This document shows positions 48,635-62,160 of a DNA stretch of 64,000 bases, piece by piece. Origin of the DNA: Tubiluchus corallicola (lineage: Eukaryota; Animalia; Priapulida); the NCBI GenBank assembly GCA_030141605.1, contig JAQGDQ010000253.1, positions 80,911 through 144,910 of the forward strand, written 5' to 3'. The translations under genes were made by a program, and so were the position numbers. Each line of letters begins with the position of its first letter. Position 1 is the first letter of the stretch. The notes beneath the pieces are model-generated. The model did no database searches. It was not told the origin of the DNA and saw only the letters and a program-made list of their open reading frames with translations.

Positions 48635-49100
48635 ATCATCATCATCATCATCATCCAATGAATCATACGTCCAGTAACATGATTCTGCTCACCTCCCTAT
48701 TGCAGGACTCCCTGCTCGCCGCAATACCCCAACCAAGTACCTTTATTTCTGAGGATCAATGCTGAAGTGTTTAAATCTTTCTGTGCAAAATCTAAATATG
48801 TTAACATTTGTCCTCCTGCAGGTTTTTTAGCTGGTTCTATGACTTGTTGAAGAGCTATTTTCACTGGAATACCATCAGGTAGTCTAAACATATGCCCAAT
48901 CCATCTTAAACGGCGTCTTTTTATTTTTCTTGTCCAAGGTTCTTTTTTTATTTTTTCATATAGATCTTTGTTTGAAAATTTCTTTGGCTATCTAATACCC
49001 AAAATGTTTCTATAATTTCGCCTTTGAAACGCATCGATTTCAGCTTTATGATTTGCTTTTAATGTCCAGAGCTCAGAGTTATACAGAAATACAGTTTCAG
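48635..49100 (-). mobile_element. RTE-clade LINE 3' fragment
   Basis: FLYNSELWTLK...IDAFQRR...KIKRRRLRWIGHMFRLPDGIPVK; (GAT)n tail. Confidence 0.85.
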
Positions 49101-50429
49101 CCGTATGACATCATCATTGACAAATCGACATCGTCAACATTGCACATGCGCATAACCAAAGCCATCATATCAATGAAATGACGGTCTTCAGCCACCATTG
49201 TAACTAATTATTGTAGAGTTGTGATCACAGTCATAGTTAGTAATATCATGTTCGTCACCATTTCGTCATCACTGTTATTGTCGTCACCATCGTTGTTGAT
49301 GCTGTTGTTGTTCACACATTCCTTTAGATTAAAATGTAGACCGTACAAACATAAAGGAAAGAAACCTTTCCTGTCCGTCTACCTCCTACTTTATTAATTA
49401 ATAATTTAATGGTGTACTGTAGAATCTAATCTAATGTCGTAGAATCAGCTTTTGCCAGTTTTCATGTCTGTTCAGATGTACTCTAATCGAATAAATCTCA
49501 TTCCATACATGCTTGTTTCTAGAAATATAAGTTTTGAGTAGGTCTTCACGCAATGGCATTAATGATATGGTTTGATTCTTCAAAATGCAATCATTATTTC
49601 TGCATTAGTAATGTTTGCAAGAACGGTTTCAATGATCTTTTTGCAAATTTTTGCCTGATTAGACTAATTCCTAGTTCCATGTATTCAAATTGACTAGTGT
49701 TGTTAGCGACGTTTCACAGATCCATTTTACTATCCGTTGTGTGTTGCTTAGAAAACAGTCTAGTTAGTTTATTCTTTCTGTAATAGCTGTCATGTTAGAA
49801 AGATGACTTTTAATGGCAGCCATGCTAGATTGAAATATTTGTAATTTATTATCACTTGTCTGTTTGTTTCGCTATCGTAAGTCTGTCTTGGATCCGGAAC
49901 AATTCCAGTTTGGGTTTAGTTTTTCAACCTCATAAGGTACGAGCAGCAAGTTACTAACGTCACACTGGCATTAAACAAGGTAATAGATCTTTTAACAAAA
50001 GCGTTTAAGTAAACTTTGAACAGACCATTTGCCAAACGCTTTCATTAGATATTGATTTTCAATGTCTAAAATAAACACCTTTTCCGCGATTGCGGTATAG
50101 ACTTACCAAATTGCTCAATATCGAAATAAAATATACTCTAGCTCGATTAATCATACCTTTACGTTTGTCAATGATAACTTTATGGCTACAGAAATTTTCT
50201 TGGGCAGCTATAATGGCTAAATTGACTTCATGCTTGCTAAATTGACTTTATTAGTCGCAGCGCACGTCGACAAGTCAGCAAAATTCCTACCTGCATAACC
50301 ACAAATCAAGCAAGAGTGGAAAGTTACGACGTTCAGCTTTCCCTTGCCTCCTGTTGACCGCATCTCCTGTCACTTGCTGACACTACGCAAAATAGTTGTA
50401 GGGATAATACGCAGTGTATACCAAAATTT

Positions 50430-51500
50430 ATTTATTTATTTATTTATAATACATCTATGAACTGAAGTCAAGAGACTTATATGTCCATTAAAAACATCGT
50501 TAAACATATCGACAATGTGCAGAAAGTAAAATTACTGCTAAAAGTAGAAAATACATAGTATATGGTTAGTACAATATAAACACACAAGTAGGTGCAAATA
50601 GATTAAAAGTGTCGGTAAAAAGATTAAAACTTGATTAGAACGTTAAATTGTATAATTATGGTAAAAAATTTACATCTTACATCATTTACCAAATCACATA
50701 TTTTCTAGTAAATATTTTTTCAAAAGTGTGTTTTATTTTACTGGGTAAATTATTCCACATTACAGCACCATTATACATGACATTATGTTTCATAACGTTT
50801 GTTCTGCACTGAGGAGTGTGGAATTTGTGGTATTGTCGAGTTTGATATGAATACGTACTGCTATTTCAACTGAAAAAATGGAGATACATATTAAGCGAAA
50901 GATTATTAACATATTTGTACATGAACAGGTTAGTTTGCATATCGACTACCTTGGGCATTGTCAGTATTTTCAAATTTTTGATAAGATTGTCGGTATGAGC
51001 TCTGTAATGCAATTGCGTCATTAGACGCATGAGCTTTTTTGAACTTTTAATAATCTTTCTAAGCTATCAGTATACGTATTACCCCATACTATCATTGCAA
51101 CAATCAAAGTTTTAATAATCTTTCTAAGCTATCAGTATACATATTACCCCATACTATCATTGCAACAATTAAAGTTTTAATAATCTTTCTGAGCTATCAG
51201 TATACATATTACCCCATACTATCATTGCAACAATCATAGTTTTAATAATCTTTCTAGGCTATCAGTATACATATTACTCCACACTATACTGCAATAATCA
51301 AAGTTTTAATAATTTTTCTAAGGTATCAATATACATATTACCCCACACTGTACTGCAATGATCAAAAGTAAGGATATGCAAACGTATAATACAGCTGTTT
51401 ATAAGTAGGTGAATCTGAAATTTTATAACATTTTGTGAAAATTCCAACTACTTTACTAAGTTTTGAGCAAATGTGGTTGATATGTTTTTTTCCATGATAA
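50430..51500 (-). mobile_element. CR1/L2-type LINE fragment with an internal ~65-bp tandem amplification (51045-51360)
   Basis: QKKLMRLMTQLHYRAHTDNLIKNLKIL...NLFMYKYVNNL...NGAVMWNNLP on the minus strand; (TAAA)n tail. Confidence 0.8.
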
Positions 51501-51618
51501 ACAAAGGATGCAACGAAATTTCTCTTCCGGCTCCCCACAGTAACCTTTAGTAGGGGGTCACAAGACGTGTTTTACTGCAAAGCTAAACAGCGCTGGGTCT
51601 AGTTAGTCAGCTAGAGAG

Positions 51619-51669
51619 TGTGATTAAGACACCTCTAGCAATTCACTGTCTCACCATAGGGATTTATCC

Positions 51670-51715
<46 letters not shown>

Positions 51716-51766
51716 GGATAAATCCCTATGGTGAGACAGTGAATTGCTAGAGGTGTCTTAATCACA
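51619..51766. repeat. Perfect 53-bp inverted repeat around (TA)n
   Basis: Arms 51619-51671 and 51714-51766. Confidence 0.95.
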
Positions 51767-52351
51767 TATATATATATATATATAAAAATTCTTTATTTGT
51801 CATTAAAATGGTTCACTCATTATAATAAAATTAAGTAAGCCTCAGCGTAATGTTAAAATAACAACACCGTTCAAGACAAATGCGTCCAGTGCAGACTAAA
51901 AAAACTAAAGTGCAAAACTAAGGTCTAATTATATACAATAAATGAACATATTTATAAACACCATATTAAAATATTTTTACAAAACAATATTACAAAAGTA
52001 CATTAAAATTTACGTGACTTATTTTACACTATATATACATTTGACTTGACACAATTAACAGAAACACGCTTTACATTAATTTCACTCATTACATTTACAC
52101 TATTTATACATTTGACATTACAAAACTAACATAACACGTATTACATTACATAATTTTTTTTTAAATTTTACATTTTTAATCGTTTTAATAGTCACCTGCG
52201 TTCCGGTCTGCCCACAACTGTTGAACGTTAGTAGCAGCTCTTTATTGGTTGCTAGATTTGGGCTTATTCTATGTACGAAGCTTTATAAAAAATACTGGGC
52301 CGATGTTTTAAATTAAATATTGTTGCGGGCACGCTTAGTCAAGGTTGACTT

Positions 52352-52400
52352 TGCGCATGCGCGTCGTTTGCTATAAAAGCAGTGAGCACGTAGTTTACTA
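52352..52400 (+). promoter_or_regulatory. Candidate Pol II core promoter (NRF1-like site + TATA box)
   Basis: TGCGCATGCGC at 52352-52362 and TATAAAA at 52372-52378 in a CpG-rich patch, followed by splice-like signals. Confidence 0.5.
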
Positions 52401-53271
52401 CGTCTCTGTCGTGTTGTCACGTCCACCATGTGTGCTGCTCTTTCCAGTGCCTAGCAGTGATTGTCATTTTGGTAGGTACGGCATAGTTTGAATCTAATTA
52501 ATTATCTTTTCTCTTTCTCTTGTGCACTCCTTCCTGGTAGGATGCAAAGCCGTCAAACGAGGCTCACTGCTCGGCTGTCTTCGCGTCCCTCGACCCCCTG
52601 GTGGCTCCCAGGGGAGGGCTTCGCAACAATATAATTGCCAGAGTTTGTAGTAAGTCGTTCAGTAATAAGCAAGGATTTTTCGCGTTATTGTCCGAAATGC
52701 TTCAAGAATTTGTGTCGCTGATCTAGAGTCCATACGTTGATTTTTTATTTCATTATGTGATGTTTTCCACTTTTTAATTCATGTTCACGAGCAAATGCTA
52801 GGGGCTACAGTCACGAAACTTGTAGGGTAGACAATTGATGTAGGGCCCTTGAAATTTGTGCTGTAAACGTGACCTTGTCATTCAGTCCAATCAAGTTTAT
52901 TTTTCTCTATAACGTTTCAGGAACGTAATAAACATATAACATGTAATAAAAATATACAAACATAATTAGAGTAATAAGTGTGTTAATAAAGTAAATATAA
53001 AGTCGACGATAGAGTCATGCGAACTGACTGAAAAGCCGTCAAGGCAGCTACCCTTTATTTGGCAATAAGGTTAATTTGGTCACTGAGTCAGGGGTCAAAG
53101 AGTCAAGAACACTTTGACCGGCCAATTTTTCGATTGCCATTCAACTCCTCCTAGTGCTTTAAATTACACTCATTTCTCATTTTTTCATCACAAGTATTTA
53201 TGTAATGTGGGTATCCTATTTAACTTGGCTTTTGAAAAGGGTCCGAGATAGAAGCCCAAGTGCACACAGGT

Positions 53272-54021
53272 CTGTAGCGGATAGCCGTGGCTGAATAGGC
53301 TGAAGCCTAAGGCCCGGGATCAAAAGAGGCCCGGCAAAATAAAACGAAAAAAAAAATTTTTGTAAAAAAAATAAATTGACAAAAGAGCAAGGGGCCCGCC
53401 AAAATAAAATATAGAAAAAAGTTTTTTTTTCAAAAGTCAGTCACTATATTTCAGATCGGGTTGCACAAATCAAGTTTACACAATTTAAGTTTACACAATT
53501 CAAGTTTACACAATTTAAGTTTCACGTTACACACAGTTTAAGTTCAAAATTTCAGTTTCCGAATTTTTCTGGGGGCAAAGTCAGTTATAATTTCTGAAAA
53601 GTCCATTTTTTTCAACATATCTGACTCAATATGCATCAGTGATAAATTGTTTAAATTTGTCATCCTTTAGAGATGACCGTAAATAAGTTTTTATCCTTTT
53701 CAGAGCAGAGAATGATCGTTCCCCACTGCAAATTAGTAAGAAACTAAAGTTACTTTCAGAGTTTCTGATCGGCTTATTTTAGTTGACATCTAACCCAGAA
53801 ACTCACCAAGCTGTAATCGTGTTTATATAGTCCTAGTCCACAACTCAAGGATCAAGAAGATATAATTTTTATCACAATCGGTGGGCAAAAACTCACAAAA
53901 TTAAACAAACTTACAAACGACGTGAGCTCCACAAAAACACGTCAGCTCAGCAGTGTAGCAACATTTAAAAGGCCCGTTCCAAGCTCAAGCCTAAGGCCCA
54001 TAAAATCATAATCCGCCACTG
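53272..54021. mobile_element. Non-autonomous hAT element
   Basis: Perfect 8-bp TSD ACACAGGT (53264-53271, 54022-54029); imperfect TIR CTGTAGCGGAT / ATCCGCCACTG; GGCCC subterminal motifs. Confidence 0.85.
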
Positions 54022-54624
54022 ACACAGGTATAACTCTAACTGTAGCAAGTGGACTAACGAAACTTTCAGGAGAGACAGCGGCGTGGTAGGAGCTCAAGCA
54101 AAGGTAGATTACTTGATTGCCCGAGATTGGGGCAAAAATGTGAAAACTAGGGTATTCACATTTAATTCATGTTAACTCGCAAACGCAGAGGGATAGGCAC
54201 ACGGAACTTGCTGGGGTAGGACTCGGTCATTCTTTTGATTGGCGTTCAACTCATTCTAGGGGTTGAGTTGAATTCAATTTTTTTTCATGAGTATTTAGGC
54301 ATTCTGAGGTACTTATGGTCCAGTGATAAACATTGTCGTGTTCGAGCTACGAATTAGAACAGAAATTGGAGTCGAAATTTTGAAAATTGGGGCAAACTCC
54401 ATCACACATGAATAAACCGCATTCAACCAGGTACAGACAAGTAATAATTTGTCAAGAGCACCTTGCATACTGGTTAGTCACACTTAAGTGTAACAATCTA
54501 CAGGTATTGATATGAGTTAACCATACTCGACCAAGTATAGCCGGGTATAAACATGGTAACGGCGTACGCTCGCGGATTTGGATCTGAACTCATTCAGTCT
54601 TGATTAATTGCCATATGTAATTAA

Positions 54625-55297
54625 AGCACAAGAAAACCCTCCACTTACATAAAGCTTAAAAAATTCGTCTCGAAATTTTATACCACTTACATACTACCTT
54701 TTCGTATGCAGGGCTTGCATCGGCCGTAACGCTGTATAAAACGTGTAAATTTAAACTCCCGCGATGATAGTTAGGCGCAGCCATTTTAATGGTAGGTCGT
54801 TTGAAATAAGTCTTGATAACATTTTGTAAAGTTTGAAAAAATAATCAGAGCATTCGTAGCATACATGTTGCTAATTAAGCAAAATTTTAAATTACTGTAT
54901 CTTGTCAATAAGATTAAAAATACGTTTTTTGGTTAGTGAGTGGTGCACCCTAGAGGGTGAGTCAGCGACATTTTACCAATTGGCACAAACCTTTTAAATT
55001 ATTATTTCTAGTTACATAAGTCTTTCCGGCAGGTAAATGAAATGCTAAGTAATATAGATTTGCACGGAAAGCTTTTTGGGTCATAATTTAATATTGCCTT
55101 TTCTTCCACTGAGTTACGTGACCTAGTGACGTCATGTAATGGCGCCGTCGGAACAGTATTGCGGGAGATTTAAAATCAAAACAAACGAAAATTCCTTTCA
55201 ACGCGAATACGATATGTGCATAAAATTGCTGTAAAGTAATATAATTTTTTAAGGCGATTTTTCTGAAGCCTACTTCAGGTTCCCCTTTTCTTGTCCT
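54625..55297 (+). mobile_element. Kolobok-type MITE, copy 3
   Basis: TTAA|AGCACAAGAAAA...TTTTCTTGTCCT|TTAA; homologous to 40458-41130. Confidence 0.87.
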
Positions 55298-55829
55298 TTA
55301 AGGACAGAGATGGTAAATTGCCAATATTTTGTTTTTGAAAACTATGACGATTATGAAGTGGTTAGTAATGCTCGTTCATGTGAAAATTTGTGTAGTCATT
55401 GGTAACTTTTTGAACAGTGTGCAAGATAAGCACACTGAATCAATTACTGTGATTAAAAGTTTGGATGAAGCAAATGTGCACAGGAGTTTTATGGCCCTGC
55501 AAGAAATTTTATATTTGTCTAAAAATCTCCGTTTTTAAAAATAATGTCTTTTAAATTATTTACCTACAAATTAATTTTCCCTTGTAAATGTGTTTACGCC
55601 CGTGCTTGTTTTTAATATTGTTTTTATCTTTTTTTATCTTTTTATACATATTGCCTATTTTAATTAGTCAATATACTTCGTGTACGACAGAAATTCTTTT
55701 AATAAATAAATTAACCCAATAAAGGATTTGCATCAGTGAGATGACATTTATTTTATTCATCGAAATTGATTTGACTGTCCTAATATTACAACTTTGCTAG
55801 TTACATAACCTTCATCCTTTATCCTGTCT

Positions 55830-56292
55830 CAAATCTGTTAAGCAATTATTTGAGAAAACCCACTACATTTACGGGCAGCCATTTGCAATGGCTGATCTGA
55901 TGGGTGTGAAGGTGCCCCAGCTGTCATTAAATGTATTGGATTATCCCATACCTTAGCTATAGCAACCTGCCTAGTTATATTGCCTTGTACCTATATTCCT
56001 GTGACAAATCTGTTAAGCAATTATTTGAGAGAACCCACTACATTTACGGGCAGCCATTTGCAATGGCTGATCTCATGGGTGGGAAGGTGCCCCAGCTGTC
56101 ATTAAATGTATTAGATTATCCCATACCTTTTGCTATAGCAACTTGCCTAGTTATATTGCCTTGCACCTATATTCCTGTGACAAATCTGTTAAGCAATTAT
56201 TTGAGAGAACCCACTACATTTACGGGCAGCCATTTGCAATGGCTGATCTCATGGGTGGGATGGCGCCCAGCTGTCATTAAATGTATTGGATA
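55830..56292. repeat. ~176-bp tandem repeat, 2.6 copies
   Basis: CAAATCTGTTAAGCAATTATTTGAG... restarts at ~55830, 56005 and 56181. Confidence 0.92.
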
Positions 56293-59200
56293 CGCACGAA
56301 GTAGATTCAGTTTGAAAGGACAACGTATGAAATGCCCTTAAACTTGCGTTTATGAGTTACCTGTAGCAATCTGTACACTATTACGTCTGTGTTACAGATG
56401 TTGCTGCTACAGAATGTGAAAATCATTGACAGCTTTTCGTGAAAATGAGGCTATTTGTCAGAGGTAAAAGCTATTTTGTGAAGGAAGCTTTTCAAAAAAG
56501 ATTCTCTTTGCAATTTCCAGTGCATTAAGAAAATAATGTGTAAGCATTATGTTGTAGTTGGTGTAAGCTACGTAAGTAGAAGGATCTAGCGGATTTTAGT
56601 TTAGTTTATTATTATCATATTCAGTACAATATAATGACATTAAGCACACAGTCACATCAAAATTATTACATCATACTGTATTAAATTGTTATGTTTCATA
56701 CACTATCGTTATCATAAAAGAATAATTGTACTGCAGTGAGCTAGAGAAGCAAAGGCTTGTATAAACCCACTGTCATGTGAACCCGATAAAAAAGAATGGA
56801 TGAGTGAACAAAAAAAAAGAACTGGGAGAAAGGTTAGATTATACAGGAAGGGTAGAAGGATGTGTTAGTGAAAATGGTAGGAAGAAAGACAATAGATTGT
56901 GCTATGTTGACATCAGCTCTAAAGATTTATCAATGATGCCTTGTTTTGCATAATCTGTACCAGGATTGTGGAATGACTGCTATAGTAGGTGTAGGATATT
57001 AGAAAGTGTTGTACTTGTTGAGAATCATTGCTCTTTATTTCTTTTTAAATTTTTGAATTGGCTGAACAGTTTTTAATTCATCATTTACGTCATTCCAAAG
57101 CCTTGGACCAACATTTGCAATGAATTTTAAAGCGAATGAGTTGGCTGGTGTATGATATTTAAATCATCATGTTATTCTATCGCAAAAATAGGCTAAAGAA
57201 TTTCTGTGATTGTATGAACTACTGTAAACTTCGTCACGCCAGATTGGAGAAATTTCTAAAGTTAGCTGGCACCTTCAGGTCTTAAAAGTTAATAACTGTG
57301 GATTGATTCATCATCATCATAACATCATATGCCCACCACGCCTGTTGTGGACACTGGGCAGGTAGAATTCTAAAATAAAACAAATCTACTCTCAAGACAG
57401 GTAAACCTAGCAGTAATTCAGCAAAACACTGCTATGCAAGTGGGTTGTCAGCACCACTTCCCACACAATTCACTTCCGGATTGTATGATCAATGCTGATT
57501 GGTCACTACACGTGTCTTGTGATGGATTTGGCCAGATCACTTAGCCACCACTAATGCTACCAAATCGACCACCCACGAGATCATGTCACCAAAAAGAAAG
57601 AGGTGCATCTTAGACACAAAGAATTCATGCTTGCTAGATCTAAACTGAAAACAAAAGAGTAGCTAATGATTTTATAAGTAAATGTATTTTTTAATGTAGA
57701 TTATCATTAATATTTTATCTTTACTGTTCTCTATTGATTTTATTGTCATTTCAAATTTGTATACTATAAAAAATAAATACAGTTTTATACGCTTTTTTGC
57801 ATCCAAAGATTTACATTAATTAAATTTTTTATTGATATATTGTAAGTTTATTAGTAGATATGTTTTAAAATCAGCTTGTTTTAAACGTTACTTCAATTTT
57901 AATACTTCTGTAAAGTAATCATGGAGCATGGTAACTTTTTCTGAGAATAAAAAGACCTTTACTTACTTTCTTTCTTACTTACTTACTTACCTACCTATTG
58001 ACCGACCGACCGACTTACTTACTTCTGGCAATGCGCAGCGTTATAAAATTTATTGAACACAGTGAAGTAACGAGTAAATGTAATAGTCTGTAAATACATG
58101 TAATATTAGTATCCTATTGGCATACATAGTGCCGCAGTAAGTATTCGGCGCTTGATGTAGTGACTCAGTACTAGGCATTTTTGCTACATAGTGAGCTACA
58201 CCAGACTTAAAATGGCATGTTTTAACTCAGTAAGAAGTGCTTGGTGTACTAATTGTCATATTATGTACTAATATAATGGACAATCAGGTCAGCTTGTTGA
58301 CGCTTAATGCAGAGAGACTGAAGAGACAATATCAAAAGCTGTTCATTATAATTGAACTGGGATAATCCATAGACTACGTGTGGCACGATGCTGGATTTAC
58401 AGACAATCTCCTTAACTCTTGTTTGGTTTTCCAAAGTTACGAATGTTGGCATTGGTTAGTACTTGGACTGATGAACAAAGACGAAACTGTTGCTGACCAA
58501 CGTTTGGACACGGTGTTTAAAAGTCACTGTCCATCCAGAAGTAGGCCTATCTACAGATTAAATGACAACTGTTGATTTAGTGACTGCTTCCAAGAAAGTG
58601 AATTCCTGCGGGAACAATGCAGCTCTGTTGGGCTAGCCACTGCACTTTAAAGTTTTATGGCATGTTTGTACTAATTATGACATGAATTGTCCATTTTGAA
58701 CACCAGGTTAGTTTTGAACAACATTTTCTTTAGTTTGGAATTTTAAGTTGCTCAAGTTTTTTTTTATTCCTTGCAGTTGGTAGAATCGTAGTACATAGAC
58801 ATAGACACAGACATAGACATAGACAGAACATTTATTTTCTCCAATTAGTTTAACATCAAAAGATTTTTAAATATTAAGTAATTACAATCATGGAGCAGGG
58901 CAGGGAAGGAGCATAGGGTCATCTAGTCTCCTGCCCTTTCTTATAAATAGATTAGTATATTAAAAATTAACGGTGATGCTGCAGATAACAAAAACAAAAA
59001 CAAATAAGAAAAAAATACAAATGAAAACAGTATAAATGATACAAATTATCCAAAAAGAACTGAGAACAGAAAATAATAAAGTTAGATGCCTAAATCTAAA
59101 GAAGGCAATACAATTATTCAGTAATTAGAATTATCATATGTAGTAGTTTCAAATGGGGTTTTATTAACAGGGGAATTTGACCAAGGTTAGTGAGTAAAGT

Positions 59201-61525
59201 TAAAAACTGGGAGTATGGAAAGAAAAAATAAGCATCAAAAAAGTGTAATATAGAAAAATTTATGAGAAAAAGTAAGTATGGGAAAGAGCAACAATTACTT
59301 AGGAGATGAGGAGAAAAAAACAAAAAAAAACTACAGGCATATTCATTTAGTAAGATTTTTATGTATTTTTTGGAAGCAGAAAATAAGTACACATATTATA
59401 TCGTTCCTGTTTCTAAAGATGAATTTCCTTAAACTTGTTTGGGTTGGTTTGCATACCTTTTTGTTGTGATTTTGCTCATGATCGTGGTGTAATACACTGC
59501 GTCGATTACTGAGTGTGTCCGCTTTTTATATTATTTTGTAAACAGCCAACGTTTTACTAAACCAGGAAGCCTTTTAACTATGTGACATTTTTGGTGTGCC
59601 GGCTCGTACTGTGGAAGTTGGAATTGTACATTGTAATAAGGTGCTGCCATCTATGTGCTAATCCTGTTACATTCTACCAGCTGACTTACCTTCAGTATAA
59701 TTGTATGGTCCAGTAACTACATACACACTGGTCCTCTCCCTATCTAAAATTAATGGTTGTTGTGAAGCGTGTGCAAGTCTGCGTAGGTCTACCTGTATAC
59801 TGGCTGTGAAACAGGTTTTACTGACTGTTTTTCCTTTCTAGTTTTTGCTCAATGTTCAGTGCAGCAGTTTTGCTACTCATGTTTTCTCTATAAACATTAA
59901 ATAAACACTTTTCTGTTGTGTGCAGTGCAAATATTTATTATAGATTTTTGGTTCCTCTCCATACTTGTCTGTGTCTAAACTCAATCATAACAAAGTGACT
60001 GAACAACAATTTCAAAAATGACTTTCACACGTACAAACAATTATTGCTAAGTCAGTGTCCTAGTTGTAAGCTTAGTGCCAGCTCCAACAAAGAACAAGAA
60101 ATCAATAACCCTCTAACAGGGTTAGTTTTACAAAGTCTCATTTCCTTCCTGCATTTTAATTACGGTTTGTTTATAGATTTTCTAGCTAAATTTCACTAAA
60201 TTATCTAACGTCCAAAACTTAAATGAGCCTGAGCATGCAATGGCGTGTCTTCTTGTTAAATGAACTTGCTGTTCGTTGAACATTATTATGAAGTAGGGAA
60301 GGTGATCGATTTGCGTGATTTTTCTGTTTTTCTACGCGCAGCCAGTGTAATGGGGGTTATGGAAAAAATATTCTTATAAAGGTGTATCAATTTTTTAAAC
60401 TGATAATCTGTTTCTCCAATTAGTGAAGTTTCGGCAGAATTTTGAGTTGCCTGTGACGGATGGGGATAATCAAATATCCATGGCAACTAGTAGTTTTAAC
60501 GTCTAATTAGCTCTCCACCTTGTCCTTGTACAACATCAAAATAGCACATTAGTAGTGAGTAGTTAGCAGCACCGCCTGCACGCGAGTAATTGTTGTCTCA
60601 GTGCAATAATAAACTTCTATTTTCAGCAGATAAAGATCATTACCGACTCACATTCCTTACCTGTTATCGAAAATTTGTTTTATTATACATGATTTTTATG
60701 TTAATAAAGCTTAAGGAAAAAACCTATGGTACATTAACCTGGTTATCTATTTGTAACAGGACTGAAACTGTCAGAAATCTTTTTATGATTGTCGTTAAGA
60801 TAGGGTTATGCGATTATCCATTTTTAAAGTAAACCTCGGTATGTATTTCTTTAATTGTTTTTTTGTCTCACTACTTTGAACGTTTAATCATTTTTATTTA
60901 GTCATTCGTACTTCCTATTTCAAATGTTCACAAACCGACAATAAAAAACAGACAAGATTTGATTAAAATGTGGCCACAACAAAACAAATAATTATTCATT
61001 CAATTCATTGACAGCACATACTTTAAAAGCTATAGTTTGATCCTCGCATTACAAATTTCACAAATATATCGTGTTAGTTAACTATCATAAATGTTTACTT
61101 ACATATTACCAATTACATAAATTTCATATTATCACAAATAGCACAATGCACTAAAGCACAATAATCACCTTATAAGGCATAACATAAATTCAAGTTAGGT
61201 GCACCATAATTTTATCTATAATTTAGCACTATAGGCCTATACAGAGGGACTTTGTTAGCCAGTGAAAGCTAAGAGAGTCGTCCTTGTTGCTCATGTCGAG
61301 TGGCCTTATATAAACTTTTAATCTAAATAGTGGGCTTCATGCAATACATACTTGTATGGTGTGAAACTACCTTTTTTCTGTTTCAAGAAATCTCTTTCTT
61401 TTACACACAGTCTGGTACACTGCAGACTGCAGGTATCCCACTCCAGTCAACACTCAATATTATGAGGCCGCACTAATAAATTAAGTTGGTGTTTATGGCA
61501 GAACCAAAACCTGTTGGTCGAAGAC

Positions 61526-61617
61526 ACTCCTTGTAAGATAACATTTAGTAGTAGTATTCAGATTTTGGCAACTCCTTGTAAGATAACATTTAGTAGTACT
61601 ATTCAGATTTTGGCAAA
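61526..61617. repeat. ~45-bp tandem duplication
   Basis: ACTCCTTGTAAGATAACATTTAGTAGTA.TATTCAGATTTTGGCA twice. Confidence 0.85.
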
Positions 61618-62160
61618 GGCAGTATTAAGTGAAGCTGTTTTCCTGGTGATCACCCATCCATTTACTGGGCAAGCTCAGATTTGTTTAACTTCAGTCAACT
61701 CAGCTGTTTTTCAGTTTATTATATTTTTAATTCGTCAAGATTTTTCAATTGTTGACATTTCTGATGATTTTTATAATTAAAAAATTCATAAATATTGTTG
61801 TAATTCATTTGTTTCAGTCATGTGTATTGTGCAATTGGCCAGCTACTATGTTCACTATTCACCTTTATTTTTTCATGCCATTCCATGTCGTTTTGCCTAA
61901 TGTCAAACTGTTCTATTCATGCATCGTTCACACGGCAATGACTGTACTTGTTTCTGATCCGCAAAATTTGCTTTTGTTCACACTGGTTTAGCTGTTACTC
62001 TTGTACGCTATATGCTTTTGTGTTAATATGCACACTTTGTCAGCCATTTTTATAACAAACTCGTTTTTCTTCTAGATCAAAACTTCTTGTTCATAATCAT
62101 AACTTTGGAAGTGACATGAGAAACAACCCGAACATTGATGGTAATTTCAACATGACCTGG

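Noticed and set aside
55931-56341. 136-aa ORF
   Set aside because: Runs through the 176-bp tandem repeat, switching unit frame; not codon-preserving.
58372-58575. Faint C-type-lectin-like pattern (NSCLVFQSYECWHW)
   Set aside because: Lacks EPN/QPD, WND and the closing Cys spacing; too weak without a profile search.
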